Shown here in pieces: positions 1 through 10,127 of a DNA stretch of 64,000 nt. The position numbers and the translations under genes are program-made. Source of the stretch: Eubacteriales bacterium (GTDB lineage Bacteria > Bacillota > Clostridia > Oscillospirales > CAG-382); NCBI GenBank assembly GCA_045600105.1, contig JAZRXG010000021.1, forward strand, positions 5,387 to 69,386, given 5' to 3'. Position 1 is the first letter of the stretch, and each line of letters opens with the position of its first letter. Under the pieces are notes generated by a model, which was not told the origin of the DNA, did no database searches, and was given only the letters and a program-made list of their open reading frames with translations.

Positions 1-1625
1 GGGATCTTGAGCATCTGAGCCTCGCGGACCTTGTAACCGGTCTTTTCCTGACGGTAGTCGGCTTCAACTCTCACGCCTGCCGCTTTGAGGTCGGCAAGGA
101 GTTTTTCGGTATATTCGTTGTTTCTGTCGGTAATGGGAAGGAGTTTCGCCTGAACGGGGGCGAGCCAGGTCGGGAACTTGCCTGCGTAGTGCTCGATGAG
201 TATGCCTATGAAGCGTTCGATGGAGCCGAAGCAGACGCGGTGGATCATGATGGGTCTGTGCTTCTGTCCGTCACTTCCGACGTATTCGGCGTTGAAGCGC
301 ATGGGAAGCTGGAAATCGAGCTGGATGGTGCCGCACTGCCACGTTCTGCCGATGGAGTCTTCAAGATGGAAGTCGATCTTGGGACCGTAGAACGCGCCGT
401 CGCCTTCGTTGATGACGTAAGGCATATTCATTTCATCAAGAGCGCTCTTTAGTCCGTCGGTAGCGGCTTCCCAATCCTCGATGGCTCCGAGGTGGTCTTC
501 GGGCATGGTGGAAAGCTCGACGTGATATTTGAAGCCGAATTTGGTGTAAACTTCATTGATGAGCCTGACGACGCCTTTGATCTCGCTCGTGATCTGATCC
601 TGCGTCATATAGATATGAGCATCGTCCTGAGTGAAGCAGCGTACGCGCATAAGACCGTGGAGCTCGCCCGATTTTTCGTGTCTGTGAACGAGTCCGAGTT
701 CACCAAGCCTGAGCGGCAGATCCTTATAGGAACGCGGTTCCATATTGTAAACGAGAAGACTTCCCGGGCAGTTCATGGGCTTGACGGCAAAGTCGGTCTC
801 GTCGATGACGGTGGTGTACATATTCTCTTTGTAATGAGCCCAGTGACCGGAGGTCTCCCAAAGGGAACGGTTGAGCATGATCGGGGTGTTGATCTCCTTG
901 TAGCCGTCACGGGTGTGTATCTCGCGCCAGTAGTTGATGAGTTCGTTCTTGACGATCATTCCGTTGGGAAGGAAGAACGGGAAACCGGGGCCCTGTTCCA
1001 TGATGGCAAACAGACCGAGCTCCTTGCCGAGCTTGCGGTGGTCGCGCTTCTTGGCTTCTTCGATCCTTTCAAGATGAGCGGCAAGCTCGTCCTTGGAAGC
1101 AAAAGCGGTGCCGTAGATACGGGTGAGCATCTTGTTCTTTTCGCTGCCTCTCCAGTACGCGCCCGCGACTGAAGTGAGCTTGAAAGCCTTGACGGCGGAA
1201 GTATAGGTGACGTGAGGGCCCGCGCAGAGGTCGACGTAGTCGCCCTGACGGAAGAAGGAAAGTTCGGCGTCCTCGGGAAGGTCGTTGATAAGCTCGACCT
1301 TATAGGGCTCGCCCTTTTCTTCCATGAGCGCGATGGCTTCGGCTCTCGGAAGAGTGAAGCGTTCGAGCTTGAGGTTTTCCTTGACTATTTTTTTCATTTC
1401 TCCCTCAAGAGAATCGAGTTCTTCGGGAGTGAAGGGATGGTCGCGGTCGAAATCGTAATAGAAGCCGTCCTTGATTGCGGGGCCTATCGCGAGCTTGGTG
1501 TCGGGATAAAGGCGTTTGACTGCCTGAGCGAGAATGTGGGAAGCGGTATGACGAAGCGAATTTCTGCCTATTTCTTCTTCAAAAGAATGTTCTTCGATCG
1601 TTCCGTCGTGAAGAATGATTTTCAT
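1..1625 (-). CDS. thrS: threonine--tRNA ligase, C-terminal part cut by window edge
   Basis: Absent from the ORF track because it runs off the left edge. My translation from ATG at 1625 (GGAGG ~7 nt upstream) reads MKIILHDGTIEEHSFEEEIGRNSLRHTASHILAQAVKRLYPDTKLAIGPAIKDGFYYDFD...RDHRKLGKELGLF..., a TGS/editing/class-II ThrRS layout. A Thr T-box lies upstream. Confidence 0.9.
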   Translation of the reverse strand, partial: MKIILHDGTIEEHSFEEEIGRNSLRHTASHILAQAVKRLYPDTKLAIGPAIKDGFYYDFDRDHPFTPEELDSLEGEMKKIVKENLKLERFTLPRAEAIALMEEKGEPYKVELINDLPEDAELSFFRQGDYVDLCAGPHVTYTSAVKAFKLTSVAGAYWRGSEKNKMLTRIYGTAFASKDELAAHLERIEEAKKRDHRKLGKELGLFAIMEQGPGFPFFLPNGMIVKNELINYWREIHTRDGYKEINTPIMLNRSLWETSGHWAHYKENMYTTVIDETDFAVKPMNCPGSLLVYNMEPRSYKDLPLRLGELGLVHRHEKSGELHGLMRVRCFTQDDAHIYMTQDQITSEIKGVVRLINEVYTKFGFKYHVELSTMPEDHLGAIEDWEAATDGLKSALDEMNMPYVINEGDGAFYGPKIDFHLEDSIGRTWQCGTIQLDFQLPMRFNAEYVGSDGQKHRPIMIHRVCFGSIERFIGILIEHYAGKFPTWLAPVQAKLLPITDRNNEYTEKLLADLKAAGVRVEADYRQEKTGYKVREAQMLKI

Positions 1626-1918
1626 GTTTTTTCCTCCGAAAATGATATATTTTTATTTTTATTTTCACAAAACAAAAGCACCCTCGCAAATGCTTTCGCA
1701 TTCGCAAGGGTGCGTGACGCACGGTTCCACCTTGACGTTTAACTCTTATGCCCTTGACGCGGGCAAACGGTGACGCTCATCGCGCACTGCTCCGGAGTGG
1801 TCTTCGCCGTGTCTGACATAAGGAGCTTTCAGCAGCTGCCCCTCTCTCTGAATGCCCGAATTACGGTTACTCTTTCCTTCAACGCATTTATTATGACTTA
1901 AAAAACTCCGTTTTTCAA
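1626..1918 (-). promoter_or_regulatory. sigma-A promoter plus T-box leader (Thr specifier ACC) with intrinsic terminator
   Basis: Promoter on the minus strand: TTGAAA (1913-1918), 17 nt, CATAAT (1890-1895). T-box core caaGGTGGaACCGtGCG lies at plus 1719-1736. It overlaps the terminator stem cacccttgcgaatgcgaaagcatttgcgagggtg (1678-1712), which is followed by cttttgttttg. Specifier-like gaagACCAct has ACC at plus 1799-1801. Confidence 0.8.
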
Positions 1919-1925
1919 GTGATTT

Positions 1926-2038
1926 TCTCGCGCTTATCGCACTCGTTTCATTTCATTGCACTCGTTTGATCGGCGCGAGGACTCGCATAAAGCTCGTCTT
2001 AAAGGTGTTTTTGCGTCGGCAAAGCAGACACAAAAACA
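1926..2038. repeat. ~113-bp structured intergenic repeat, copy A (partner at 56181-56295)
   Basis: ttatcgCACTCGTTTCATTTCATTgcaCTCGTTTgaTCGG...AAAGGTGTTTTTG aligns with copy B. The outer stem ctcgcgc/gcgcgag is replaced in copy B by cccgcac/gtgcggg, two compensatory changes. Confidence 0.7.
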
Positions 2039-2077
2039 TATTATTCTTATATCACACTTAACGGTTTTTGTCAAGAG

Positions 2078-4546
2078 TTAAATATCATATTTGGAAAGAA
2101 TCTCGCTCGGCGTTTTGCGCAGCAGCGCTATCGCGGGGAGAACGCCGAAGAACAGAGTCATTGACATGACGAGAACAAGCAGGATGAGCGCGAACCAGGG
2201 CGGGAAATAGAAAATCTTGTCGAACATCGCCGCCGACGACAGTTTTGCCATGATGAACGCCGAAATGACATATCCGATGAACACCGTTCCGAGGCAGAGA
2301 ACCAGACTTTCGATGCCGAAGCGGAAGAGCATATTCTTTTTGGAAACGCCGATGGCGCGGTAGATGCCGACTTCCTTCACACGTGCCATGAAGATGGAAC
2401 GCATTATGAAGTAAGCGCAGACGCACATCATCGCCGCGATGACGGCAAGCGACACGAACGACGCGACGGTCGAGGTGCGGTAGGAGCCGAAGATGTGTTC
2501 AAAGAATTCGTCGGGCGTGACGACGCCGACGTAGCGTGCGGAATTCTCTCTGAGATACTTGGCGGTCTCTTCGACGTCAGACGAATGGATACGGATATAT
2601 AAGCTGAGTTCGTCGTATTCAAGCAGATCGCCGTCCGACTTTCCGAACGAATGGTAAAGCGACTTGTAATCCTCGTCGTTCATGAATACCGTCGCGTATA
2701 CTCCGTCATTGATGTAGTAAATATACTCACCCGCGGGCTCGACCACGCTTTTGACGACGAATTCCCTGCCGCCGATGCTGAGCTTGTCGCCCTTGACGGT
2801 ACCGCGGTATTTGAAATCTTCCCTGTTGTAAACGACTATCTCGCCTTTTTCGGGGGACGGTATCAGATCCTTGACCTGAGAATAATGCCCGATGACGCCG
2901 TATGAGTCAAGTCTGCGGTTGACGACGTATTCCGCGTAGACGAGCGAATCGAAATAGATATACTTTTCGTCGCTTTCGAAGACGCCAACGACGGTACTTG
3001 ACGAACTGCCGAACATTTTTACGCCGGAAAAAGTGAGCCCGATGATGTCTTCGTAATCGTTGACGTAGCTGACGCCGCTGCTTTCGATGAACGCGTCGGC
3101 GGCGGCACTCGTGAGTATGACATCGTTCGGGTCTTTGATGTCGGTCCTGCCGCAGAGCGCATTTTTGCCGGATATCCACTCGGCGTCGCCGATCTCAAGG
3201 TCCGCTTCAAGTTCCCCCGCGGAGGCGGTGACGAAACGGCCGGGAGACAGGAAGAAGTTCAGCTTTCCGTAATAATCGGAAAACGTGACGTAATCTATGC
3301 CGTGTTCTCCGATCTGATCCGAAATGGATGCAAGATCGGCGGCGTTTCTGCTGCTGTAAGGAATGAGGAATTCGTTTTCGTTGACGTCGCTTCTGATGTT
3401 CACATAGTCCTTGATATTGACCGCGGTGACAGACGCCACGAAGATGAACACCACCGCGAGCAGCGCGAGGCATACGCGAAGGAAGCGTTTTCCCTTCTTT
3501 TTTCTCGTGGTGTAGTAATTGGCGAGCGAGTCCCTGAACGAGGGCCAAAAGCGGAACAGTCTGCCGTATCTGCCGCCCTCGAACGGAGTGAGCGCGCTTA
3601 TATCAACGTCGGAACTTCTTTCGTCGGAGTTCTGCGGTTTTTCTTCAAAAACGCCTTCGACGAGCTTGACCTCGGAGCTTTCGTCGAGGAATCTGAGCGA
3701 CGGCGTGTCGCTCTTGAGATAAAGTCTGCCGTCGATACTGACGATGCGGAGCTTTATCTCCTCGACGGGATCTCCGTAAAAATCGACGCGAAGTCGGTCG
3801 GACGACACGGCTTTGTGCTCAAGCTCGCCGAGATAGACGCTGTTTTTGTCCTTTTTGATATATCCGCCGGCAGACGCGTTTTCGCGTTCGGAAACCACCC
3901 TGCCGTCGACGAGCTCGATGACTTTGTCGCAGTAGTAGTCAACGAGATTTGCCTCGTGCGTGACGAGGATGACGAGATGTTCCTTTGACACCTCCTTGAG
4001 GATGTCCATGACCTTGACGGTATTGTATTCGTCGAGATTGCCGGTAGGCTCGTCGGCGAGTATGACGGACGGTGCTTTGACGAGTGCGCGGGCGATCGCC
4101 ACACGCTGCATCTGACCGCCGGAAAGGGTGTCGGGAGTGCGGTTCTTGAATTTATCCATGCCGACATTCGCAAGCGACGACATGACGCGTCTCTTTATCT
4201 CCTCCTCGTCCTCCATGCCGCAGAGGCGCAGCGACATCGCGACGTTTTCAAACACCGTGTCCTTGGCGCTGAGGTTGTAGTTCTGGAATATATAACCGAC
4301 GTATTTGTTGCGGAGATATTCGGTCTTTTCTCTTATGTCTTCACCGAAAAGCGTGATCGAGCCGCTGTTGATGCCGTCGAGTCCGCCGATGGCGTTGAGC
4401 AGCGTCGTTTTGCCGCAGCCGCTTCTGCCGAAGACCGCGACCATCCCGCTTTCGGGAAGCTCGAGGTTGACGCCGTTGATGACGTGTATCTCGTTGCTTC
4501 TGCCCTTGTTATAGAATTTGTGCGCGTTTTTGATCGATACGCTCAT
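2078..4546 (-). CDS. MacB-type fused ABC transporter (N-terminal ATPase + FtsX-family permease), 822 aa
   Basis: Walker A GRSGCGKTT, signature LSGGQMQR and Walker B ILADEPTGNLD. One TM at ~aa 355-378, a ~310-aa extracytoplasmic domain, and three C-terminal TMs. The start overlaps the upstream paralog by 4 nt. Confidence 0.85.
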   Translation of the reverse strand: MSVSIKNAHKFYNKGRSNEIHVINGVNLELPESGMVAVFGRSGCGKTTLLNAIGGLDGINSGSITLFGEDIREKTEYLRNKYVGYIFQNYNLSAKDTVFENVAMSLRLCGMEDEEEIKRRVMSSLANVGMDKFKNRTPDTLSGGQMQRVAIARALVKAPSVILADEPTGNLDEYNTVKVMDILKEVSKEHLVILVTHEANLVDYYCDKVIELVDGRVVSERENASAGGYIKKDKNSVYLGELEHKAVSSDRLRVDFYGDPVEEIKLRIVSIDGRLYLKSDTPSLRFLDESSEVKLVEGVFEEKPQNSDERSSDVDISALTPFEGGRYGRLFRFWPSFRDSLANYYTTRKKKGKRFLRVCLALLAVVFIFVASVTAVNIKDYVNIRSDVNENEFLIPYSSRNAADLASISDQIGEHGIDYVTFSDYYGKLNFFLSPGRFVTASAGELEADLEIGDAEWISGKNALCGRTDIKDPNDVILTSAAADAFIESSGVSYVNDYEDIIGLTFSGVKMFGSSSSTVVGVFESDEKYIYFDSLVYAEYVVNRRLDSYGVIGHYSQVKDLIPSPEKGEIVVYNREDFKYRGTVKGDKLSIGGREFVVKSVVEPAGEYIYYINDGVYATVFMNDEDYKSLYHSFGKSDGDLLEYDELSLYIRIHSSDVEETAKYLRENSARYVGVVTPDEFFEHIFGSYRTSTVASFVSLAVIAAMMCVCAYFIMRSIFMARVKEVGIYRAIGVSKKNMLFRFGIESLVLCLGTVFIGYVISAFIMAKLSSAAMFDKIFYFPPWFALILLVLVMSMTLFFGVLPAIALLRKTPSEILSKYDI

Positions 4547-6918
4547 TCGGCGATACCTCCCTTCAGAGTTTTCTTCACACTGGACTCAAACATCTTTTTG
4601 ACATATTTTCTCGAAAGTCTGACCGCGATGCCGATGACGATGGCGGCGATGAGGATATAGTCAAAAGCGTGCAGATAGCGGAACGCGCTGTTGAGCGACG
4701 GCGAACGGTAAACGAGAAACGCAAGGACCGCCGTGACGACGAACGCCGGAACGACCGAAATGAACGTCTGCACGTATGCGCTTATCTTTATAACTTTTGT
4801 CGGTATGCCCATCGAACGCATTATCGCGACGTCGCCCTTGACGGAGTCCATCGCGTGGGAGGTGCAGAGTCCGAGAAGCATTGAAATGAACACCACGCCG
4901 AGTATCCAGAGCACCACGAGCCAGCCGAGCGTCAGTATATCGAGAGCCGCCGACATGACGTTCTCGCTCTTGGTCTCGTCGCTCGCAACGGCGGTGTATC
5001 CCATTTTGCGGAGCGCTTCGACGGCATCGTGCGCGTCGCCGTCGGAATCAAAGAACAGCGACGTCTGATAATACGTGCCCGGAAAATAATCGTCGTACAT
5101 GAAATCGCAGAAGGTCTCGGGTGAAATTATCGCGTACATTTCGCCGCCGTATATACCGCCTGACGCGTCTTTTTCGATACCGTCGGGTATCTTGGTGATG
5201 ACGTCCGACGAATCAAAGAGCTTTTCGACTCTTTTGTCACCCGGGACGTATTCGTCGATCCCGAGCATTTCAAGATACGAATCGTATGCTCTGGTGACCG
5301 AATAGCCGAAAATGCCCATATCGGGGACGTATGGCTTTCCCCCGATATCCGATCCGATCACATCGAACACTGTCGGAGACACGTAGATCTTGCCTTTTTC
5401 GGCGCTGCGGCTCAGCCTGAGAGGCAGTGCGGTGCTGCTCATACCCGGTATGCCGACATAAGCGCCGAAGATGCTGCTGCCGTAATAGTAGTAATGCGAG
5501 CTGTCTCCGGTGCATTTTTCATAGAACGAAAGGGCGGTCGCGGTCTTGTAGCCTTCTTCGGTGAAGAAAACGCGGCCGTTTTTCGTGTTGTCGTAATAAT
5601 ACGAAACGCCGGTGACGACGTAGTCGATGCCGCCGCACATCTTCTCGACGGTGAACGGCGCAAAGCCGTTCTTTTCAAGCACGTTCTTGGCGCTTATCGG
5701 GACGCTTATGATTATCTCGCTGTCGTTTTCGGGATATCTTCCGGCGTCGAGCTCGAGTTTTTCGGCAGGATAGTCGAAATTGCATCTGTAAGAATAATCG
5801 TCCTGATCGTCGCCGTAGTAATAATATTCTTCCGCGGCGTCGTCTTTCTCGCCGAGTGCGAGAATTATGCTGCTGTCGAGCATGAAATCGACCCTTACGG
5901 CGTCGCAGGCGAATTTTTCACTTATCGAATCAAGCTCGGCGTCGGATATCGCGCTGCCGTCGTTCCGTGCTATGATAACGCGTCCGTCGACGTGACGGAA
6001 GATGTAATTCTTTTCAAACAACTGCTTGGAATCCGAGCTGACCGACGTGATCATCGCGAGGACCAGCGTCGTGACCGTCATGAGCAGGCACAGAAACGCC
6101 GAAAGCTTGGGCGTTGCCGTGAACCTCGCCATTCCGAGTATCAGTCCGTTTTTGAGAGTGGAAAAGCGCTTTTTGGGCTCTTCCTCCGCCTTTGCCGTGT
6201 ATTTCCCCGTCTCCTCGTGAGGAGCGACGACCTGATCGGCGCCGATCTCGCCGTTGAAAACGCGGATATGTCTGGTGGCGTATTTTTCGACCTGCTCGAA
6301 ATTGTGCGTGACGACTATGACGAGCTTATCACGCGAGACCTCGTGAAGCAGGGCGATTATCTCCTCCGAAGTTTTGCTGTCGAGGTTGCCCGTCGGCTCG
6401 TCGGCGAGTATCACGGGGCTGTCCTTGGCAAGAGCACGCGCAATGACGGTGCGCTGCTTCTGACCGCCCGAAAGCTTGCTGCCCTTGTGGTGTATGTGCT
6501 TTTCGAGCCCGACGCGCCTTATCAGCTCAAGCGCCTTTTCGCGCCTTTTCGCCGTGTCTTCTATGTTCATCAGCGCGAGCTCGACGTTCTGCAGCACGGT
6601 GAAGCTTTCGAGAATGTTGTAATCCTGAAAGATGAAGGAAATGTATTCCTTGCGGTATTCCTCCCAGTCCTTCTGCAGATAATGGCTCGTCGGCTCGCCG
6701 TTTATCAGAAGCTCGCCTTCTTCATAGGTATCCATTCCGCTTATCACGTTGAGAAGCGTCGATTTGCCCGAACCCGAGCTGCCGGTGACGGCTACGAATT
6801 CGCCTCTGTCGAACGCGAGATCCACGTGACGGATACCGACCGATACGTTGTTGTCCGAAACGTAAATTTTTCCTATATTCTTCAGTTCAAGGAAGCTCAT
6901 GTCTGTCTCCTTTTTCAA
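4543..6918 (-). CDS. MacB-type fused ABC transporter (ATPase + FtsX-family permease), 791 aa
   Basis: Walker A GSSGSGKST, LSGGQKQR and ILADEPTGNLD. Same topology as its downstream paralog: TM, large external domain, three C-terminal TMs. Confidence 0.85.
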   Translation of the reverse strand: MKKETDMSFLELKNIGKIYVSDNNVSVGIRHVDLAFDRGEFVAVTGSSGSGKSTLLNVISGMDTYEEGELLINGEPTSHYLQKDWEEYRKEYISFIFQDYNILESFTVLQNVELALMNIEDTAKRREKALELIRRVGLEKHIHHKGSKLSGGQKQRTVIARALAKDSPVILADEPTGNLDSKTSEEIIALLHEVSRDKLVIVVTHNFEQVEKYATRHIRVFNGEIGADQVVAPHEETGKYTAKAEEEPKKRFSTLKNGLILGMARFTATPKLSAFLCLLMTVTTLVLAMITSVSSDSKQLFEKNYIFRHVDGRVIIARNDGSAISDAELDSISEKFACDAVRVDFMLDSSIILALGEKDDAAEEYYYYGDDQDDYSYRCNFDYPAEKLELDAGRYPENDSEIIISVPISAKNVLEKNGFAPFTVEKMCGGIDYVVTGVSYYYDNTKNGRVFFTEEGYKTATALSFYEKCTGDSSHYYYYGSSIFGAYVGIPGMSSTALPLRLSRSAEKGKIYVSPTVFDVIGSDIGGKPYVPDMGIFGYSVTRAYDSYLEMLGIDEYVPGDKRVEKLFDSSDVITKIPDGIEKDASGGIYGGEMYAIISPETFCDFMYDDYFPGTYYQTSLFFDSDGDAHDAVEALRKMGYTAVASDETKSENVMSAALDILTLGWLVVLWILGVVFISMLLGLCTSHAMDSVKGDVAIMRSMGIPTKVIKISAYVQTFISVVPAFVVTAVLAFLVYRSPSLNSAFRYLHAFDYILIAAIVIGIAVRLSRKYVKKMFESSVKKTLKGGIAE

Positions 6919-7069
6919 GTACCTTCGATGGTTTTCTTATTGTATTCTAACACACTTTCCCTCCGTTTTCTTCAACAAAATGTGAATAAAGAAAAAACGA
7001 TATACAACCAACGCAACATACTGTTGCATTTTTACGAAAACAGTGATATTATAATATTTGGTGAAATAT

Positions 7070-7579
7070 ATGTTTTCCGATATCGTTATCGCACACGCGA
7101 AAAAATACCCGCGTCTTCAGCCGACGGACGTCGTAAAGCTCTGCTTTCAGAGCGAGTTCGGCGTCAGTCACTTCGTGAACGGCGGCTGCCTTGAGAATAT
7201 TGAAAAAGAATATGCCTCCGTCCTGAAAGGCACGGGAACGGAAGCGATCGAAAAGATCGGCGGCGGATACGTCAGAGTCAATCTCGCTTCCCTCGCAAAA
7301 GACGACCTTCCGCTTCTTGCCGAGGCGTTTGAAAAAACGTCGCGCTCGTCGGAAGGCACTTTGCCGCATTTTGAAAAGCTTCTTGACGAAGCGCTGAACG
7401 CGGTAAAGGCAAACGGGGAGCTGTTTTCGTTCACGGCAGACGAATTCGGCGCCTTCCTCGGCAATTACAAAGTGCTCGGATTCCCGCCCGTGCGTCACAG
7501 CGATGTTTACCGCGACGCGTACGCGCCGTCGTACCGTGTGGTAAAGGAAGATTATGTAAACCTGATCATGCGTGCGTAA
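7070..7579 (+). CDS. conserved hypothetical cytoplasmic protein (169 aa)
   Basis: Balanced protein-like composition (MFSDIVIAHAKKYPRLQPTDVVKLCFQSEFGVSHF...), whereas the antisense ORFs are Arg-rich junk. ATG 7070 is preferred over TTG 7058 because a promoter-like TTGCAT-17-TATTAT sits at 7024-7052. Function not recognised. Confidence 0.55.
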   Translation: MFSDIVIAHAKKYPRLQPTDVVKLCFQSEFGVSHFVNGGCLENIEKEYASVLKGTGTEAIEKIGGGYVRVNLASLAKDDLPLLAEAFEKTSRSSEGTLPHFEKLLDEALNAVKANGELFSFTADEFGAFLGNYKVLGFPPVRHSDVYRDAYAPSYRVVKEDYVNLIMRA

Positions 7580-7683
7580 AAAACAGCGGGAAAAAGAGGA
7601 ACGCATAATTAACAAATCGTTCACACATTGAAAGCTAAAGTATTGTATAATAATTCAGTTATCAAAACATCAGGAGGATGGCC

Positions 7684-8256
7684 ATGAAAAAGATCCTTAT
7701 TATTTCACTTTGCGTGCTATTTGCGCTTTCCGCGCTCCTTGCGGGATGCGGCGAGGCAAACGACGAAAGCAAAGCCGACGCGTCGGACGCGGTTTCGGAC
7801 AACGAAAGCAAAGAAGTTGAAATGGGCGACACCTACGAATATCACGGGACGAGCGTGCTGCTCCCGAAAGGATTTTCCGTCAGCGAAGCCTCGGAGCACT
7901 CTCTTGCCACCCCCGAGGATTACCCCGCACACGCCGACAACGTCGTCATCGCGTTTGAAAAGCGTTCGAAGGTCGCCGACATAGAAGAAGGATCGATGCT
8001 TTCTCTGTACAAGGAGACCGACAAAGATGTTTTCGCTACTCTTGAAAAGTTCGACGAATTCACCAAAGCCGAAAAGGACGGGCACGATACTCTCGTTCTC
8101 AGGTACACCATCACTTATTCCGATATCAAGATGACCGTCACGCAGTACGCGGTCGACGTTGCCGACGGCATCGTGTCGTACACCTTCACGAGCGTCACCG
8201 GCGACTACGACGACGCCTTCAGGGCTTCTCTTTCATCGATAAAAGTCACCGAATGA
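7684..8256 (+). CDS. small secreted lipoprotein (190 aa)
   Basis: Signal peptide with lipobox MKKILIISLCVLFALSALLAGC. AGGAGG lies 6 nt before ATG 7684; ATG 7678 abuts the RBS and is unlikely to be the start. Confidence 0.7.
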   Translation: MKKILIISLCVLFALSALLAGCGEANDESKADASDAVSDNESKEVEMGDTYEYHGTSVLLPKGFSVSEASEHSLATPEDYPAHADNVVIAFEKRSKVADIEEGSMLSLYKETDKDVFATLEKFDEFTKAEKDGHDTLVLRYTITYSDIKMTVTQYAVDVADGIVSYTFTSVTGDYDDAFRASLSSIKVTE

Positions 8257-8298
8257 CTTTGAAGAATAAGAAATAAAAAAACCGAAAGGAGCAACAAT

Positions 8299-9852
8299 AT
8301 GGCAAAACGCATCATTTCCCTTCTCGTTTGTGTGCTTCTCATCGTTTCGTCCCTGCTCGTCAGCTGCAGCGAAGAAAACGGCGAGGAAAGCAAAAACGAG
8401 TCCAAAGCAGCGGATACCAGCACCGAAGCCTCCGGCGAAGACAATGAATCGTCTGCCGAAGAATCGCGTGACCCCGGTTACGATTCCCGTTACTATGATG
8501 AAAACGGCGAATACTCCGCAAACTATCTCCCCGCTTTCGACGAAAGCTGGAAAGACTACGGCGAATTCCGCGTTCTCGTGATCAGCAACGAGAAAGAGAC
8601 CACCTACTACAGCGAAGAGATCGAGCCTCTTTACGATACCACCGACAGCGCGATAATCGACGGTGTGGTATCCAGAAACGAATGGGTCGAAGACAAATAC
8701 GGCATCACCGTAAAAGCCGTCCCCACCGCGGACATCTACAACGATATCCTTCGTGAGATCAGCGGCGGTCTCGATACCTTCGACGCGGCAATGCCCTTCA
8801 TGCCCGCGGCCGCTACCCTTGCCAGAAACGGCAACCTCTGGGACCTCAACAGCTTTGATTTCCTTGACCTCAACGCCCCTTGGTGGGACAGCAACGCCAC
8901 CGAATCCCTCTCGATAGGCGACAAGGTATTCTTCACCGCGAGCGATATGACCATCATGCAGAAGATCGTTTCCTCCGGCATCGCGTTCAACAAAGACCTC
9001 ATGGCGCAGTATTTCCCCGATTTCGATATTTATGAAGCAGTCGAAAACGGCACCTGGACGTTTGACACTCTCTATACGATGTGCAAAGAAATAACCCAGC
9101 CCCTCAACGACGACGGACGTATGGACGAAGACGACCTCTGGGGCATCCTCGACACCGGCCCTTCGTTCTTCTACGGCTGCGGCGAACAGCTCATCAGCAA
9201 GGACGCCGACAACTATCCCGTCATCTCCATCGGCTCGACCGAGCGTTCCATCAACGCCGCCATCAAGGTGCTTGAAAAGACCACCGAAAGAAAGACATGG
9301 CTCGCCAACACCGACGACTTCACCGACAGAACCAGCGTCTGGAACGAAATAGTCACCGTATTCGGTGAAAACCGTTCCCTCTTCATCGCGCTCCACTTCT
9401 CCGCCATCAAGAAGCTCCGTCCTTACGGCGTCAACTACGGCATCGTTCCCGCCGCTAAATACGACGAGAACCAGGACAATTATTTCACCAAGTGCTCCGC
9501 CGCCTACGCTTACGGCGTGTGCATCCCTCTCTCCGTCAAAGACCCCGACTACTCCGCTTATATGTGTGACGTAATGGCTCTCGGCGGAAAGAAATACGTT
9601 TCCAATACTTACTACAACGTAGTGCTCAAAGGCAGAGACATCGAGGACGAAAAGTCCGAAAAGATGCTCGACCTCATCTTCGGCGGTATCGTGTACGATC
9701 CGGCAGTCGTTTACGGCTTCTCCGGACTCAACAACATCATGAGCGAACTTGAAAAAGCAGGCTCCACCGATATCGTTTCCAAGCTCGAAAGCATCCAGGC
9801 GAGCGTTGAAAGCTCAATCGACGAGATCATCGAGGACTACGAAGCTCAGTAA
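8299..9852 (+). CDS. extracellular solute-binding lipoprotein (large family-1/LipO-like SBP), orphan
   Basis: Lipobox LLVSC followed by a Ser/Glu-rich linker. ~500-aa SBP-like body paralogous to 46356-47861 and to the N-terminal half of 32249-35116. No adjacent permease genes. Confidence 0.75.
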   Translation: MAKRIISLLVCVLLIVSSLLVSCSEENGEESKNESKAADTSTEASGEDNESSAEESRDPGYDSRYYDENGEYSANYLPAFDESWKDYGEFRVLVISNEKETTYYSEEIEPLYDTTDSAIIDGVVSRNEWVEDKYGITVKAVPTADIYNDILREISGGLDTFDAAMPFMPAAATLARNGNLWDLNSFDFLDLNAPWWDSNATESLSIGDKVFFTASDMTIMQKIVSSGIAFNKDLMAQYFPDFDIYEAVENGTWTFDTLYTMCKEITQPLNDDGRMDEDDLWGILDTGPSFFYGCGEQLISKDADNYPVISIGSTERSINAAIKVLEKTTERKTWLANTDDFTDRTSVWNEIVTVFGENRSLFIALHFSAIKKLRPYGVNYGIVPAAKYDENQDNYFTKCSAAYAYGVCIPLSVKDPDYSAYMCDVMALGGKKYVSNTYYNVVLKGRDIEDEKSEKMLDLIFGGIVYDPAVVYGFSGLNNIMSELEKAGSTDIVSKLESIQASVESSIDEIIEDYEAQ

Positions 9853-9872
9853 TACTTATTTCAGCGAATTAT

Positions 9873-9906
9873 GCCGGGACCTTGACGGTCCCGGCGATTT
9901 TTTATT
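9873..9906 (+). terminator. intrinsic terminator
   Basis: gccgggaccttgacggtcccggc followed by a T-run. Confidence 0.8.
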
Positions 9907-10127
9907 TGATTTTCAAACGCAAAAAAGGTTTTATTTTGCCGAAAAGTATTTACATCCGGCGATTATTGTGGTATTATAAACGTATGTTAAAAATTCATTT
10001 GTAAAAACCGTAACGGTTTCGGCTTACGGCGTTATTTTTTTGTTTTTCGTCTTCTTTCGCGCCGCGTTGACAAAATCCGCGAATTCGCAATAAACTGATA
10101 ACATCAGCCGTAAAAGGGGTAAGATTC

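Noticed and set aside
5494-7194. 566-aa ORF on the plus strand
   Set aside because: Antisense to the 791-aa ABC gene. No motifs, and Arg/Val-rich.
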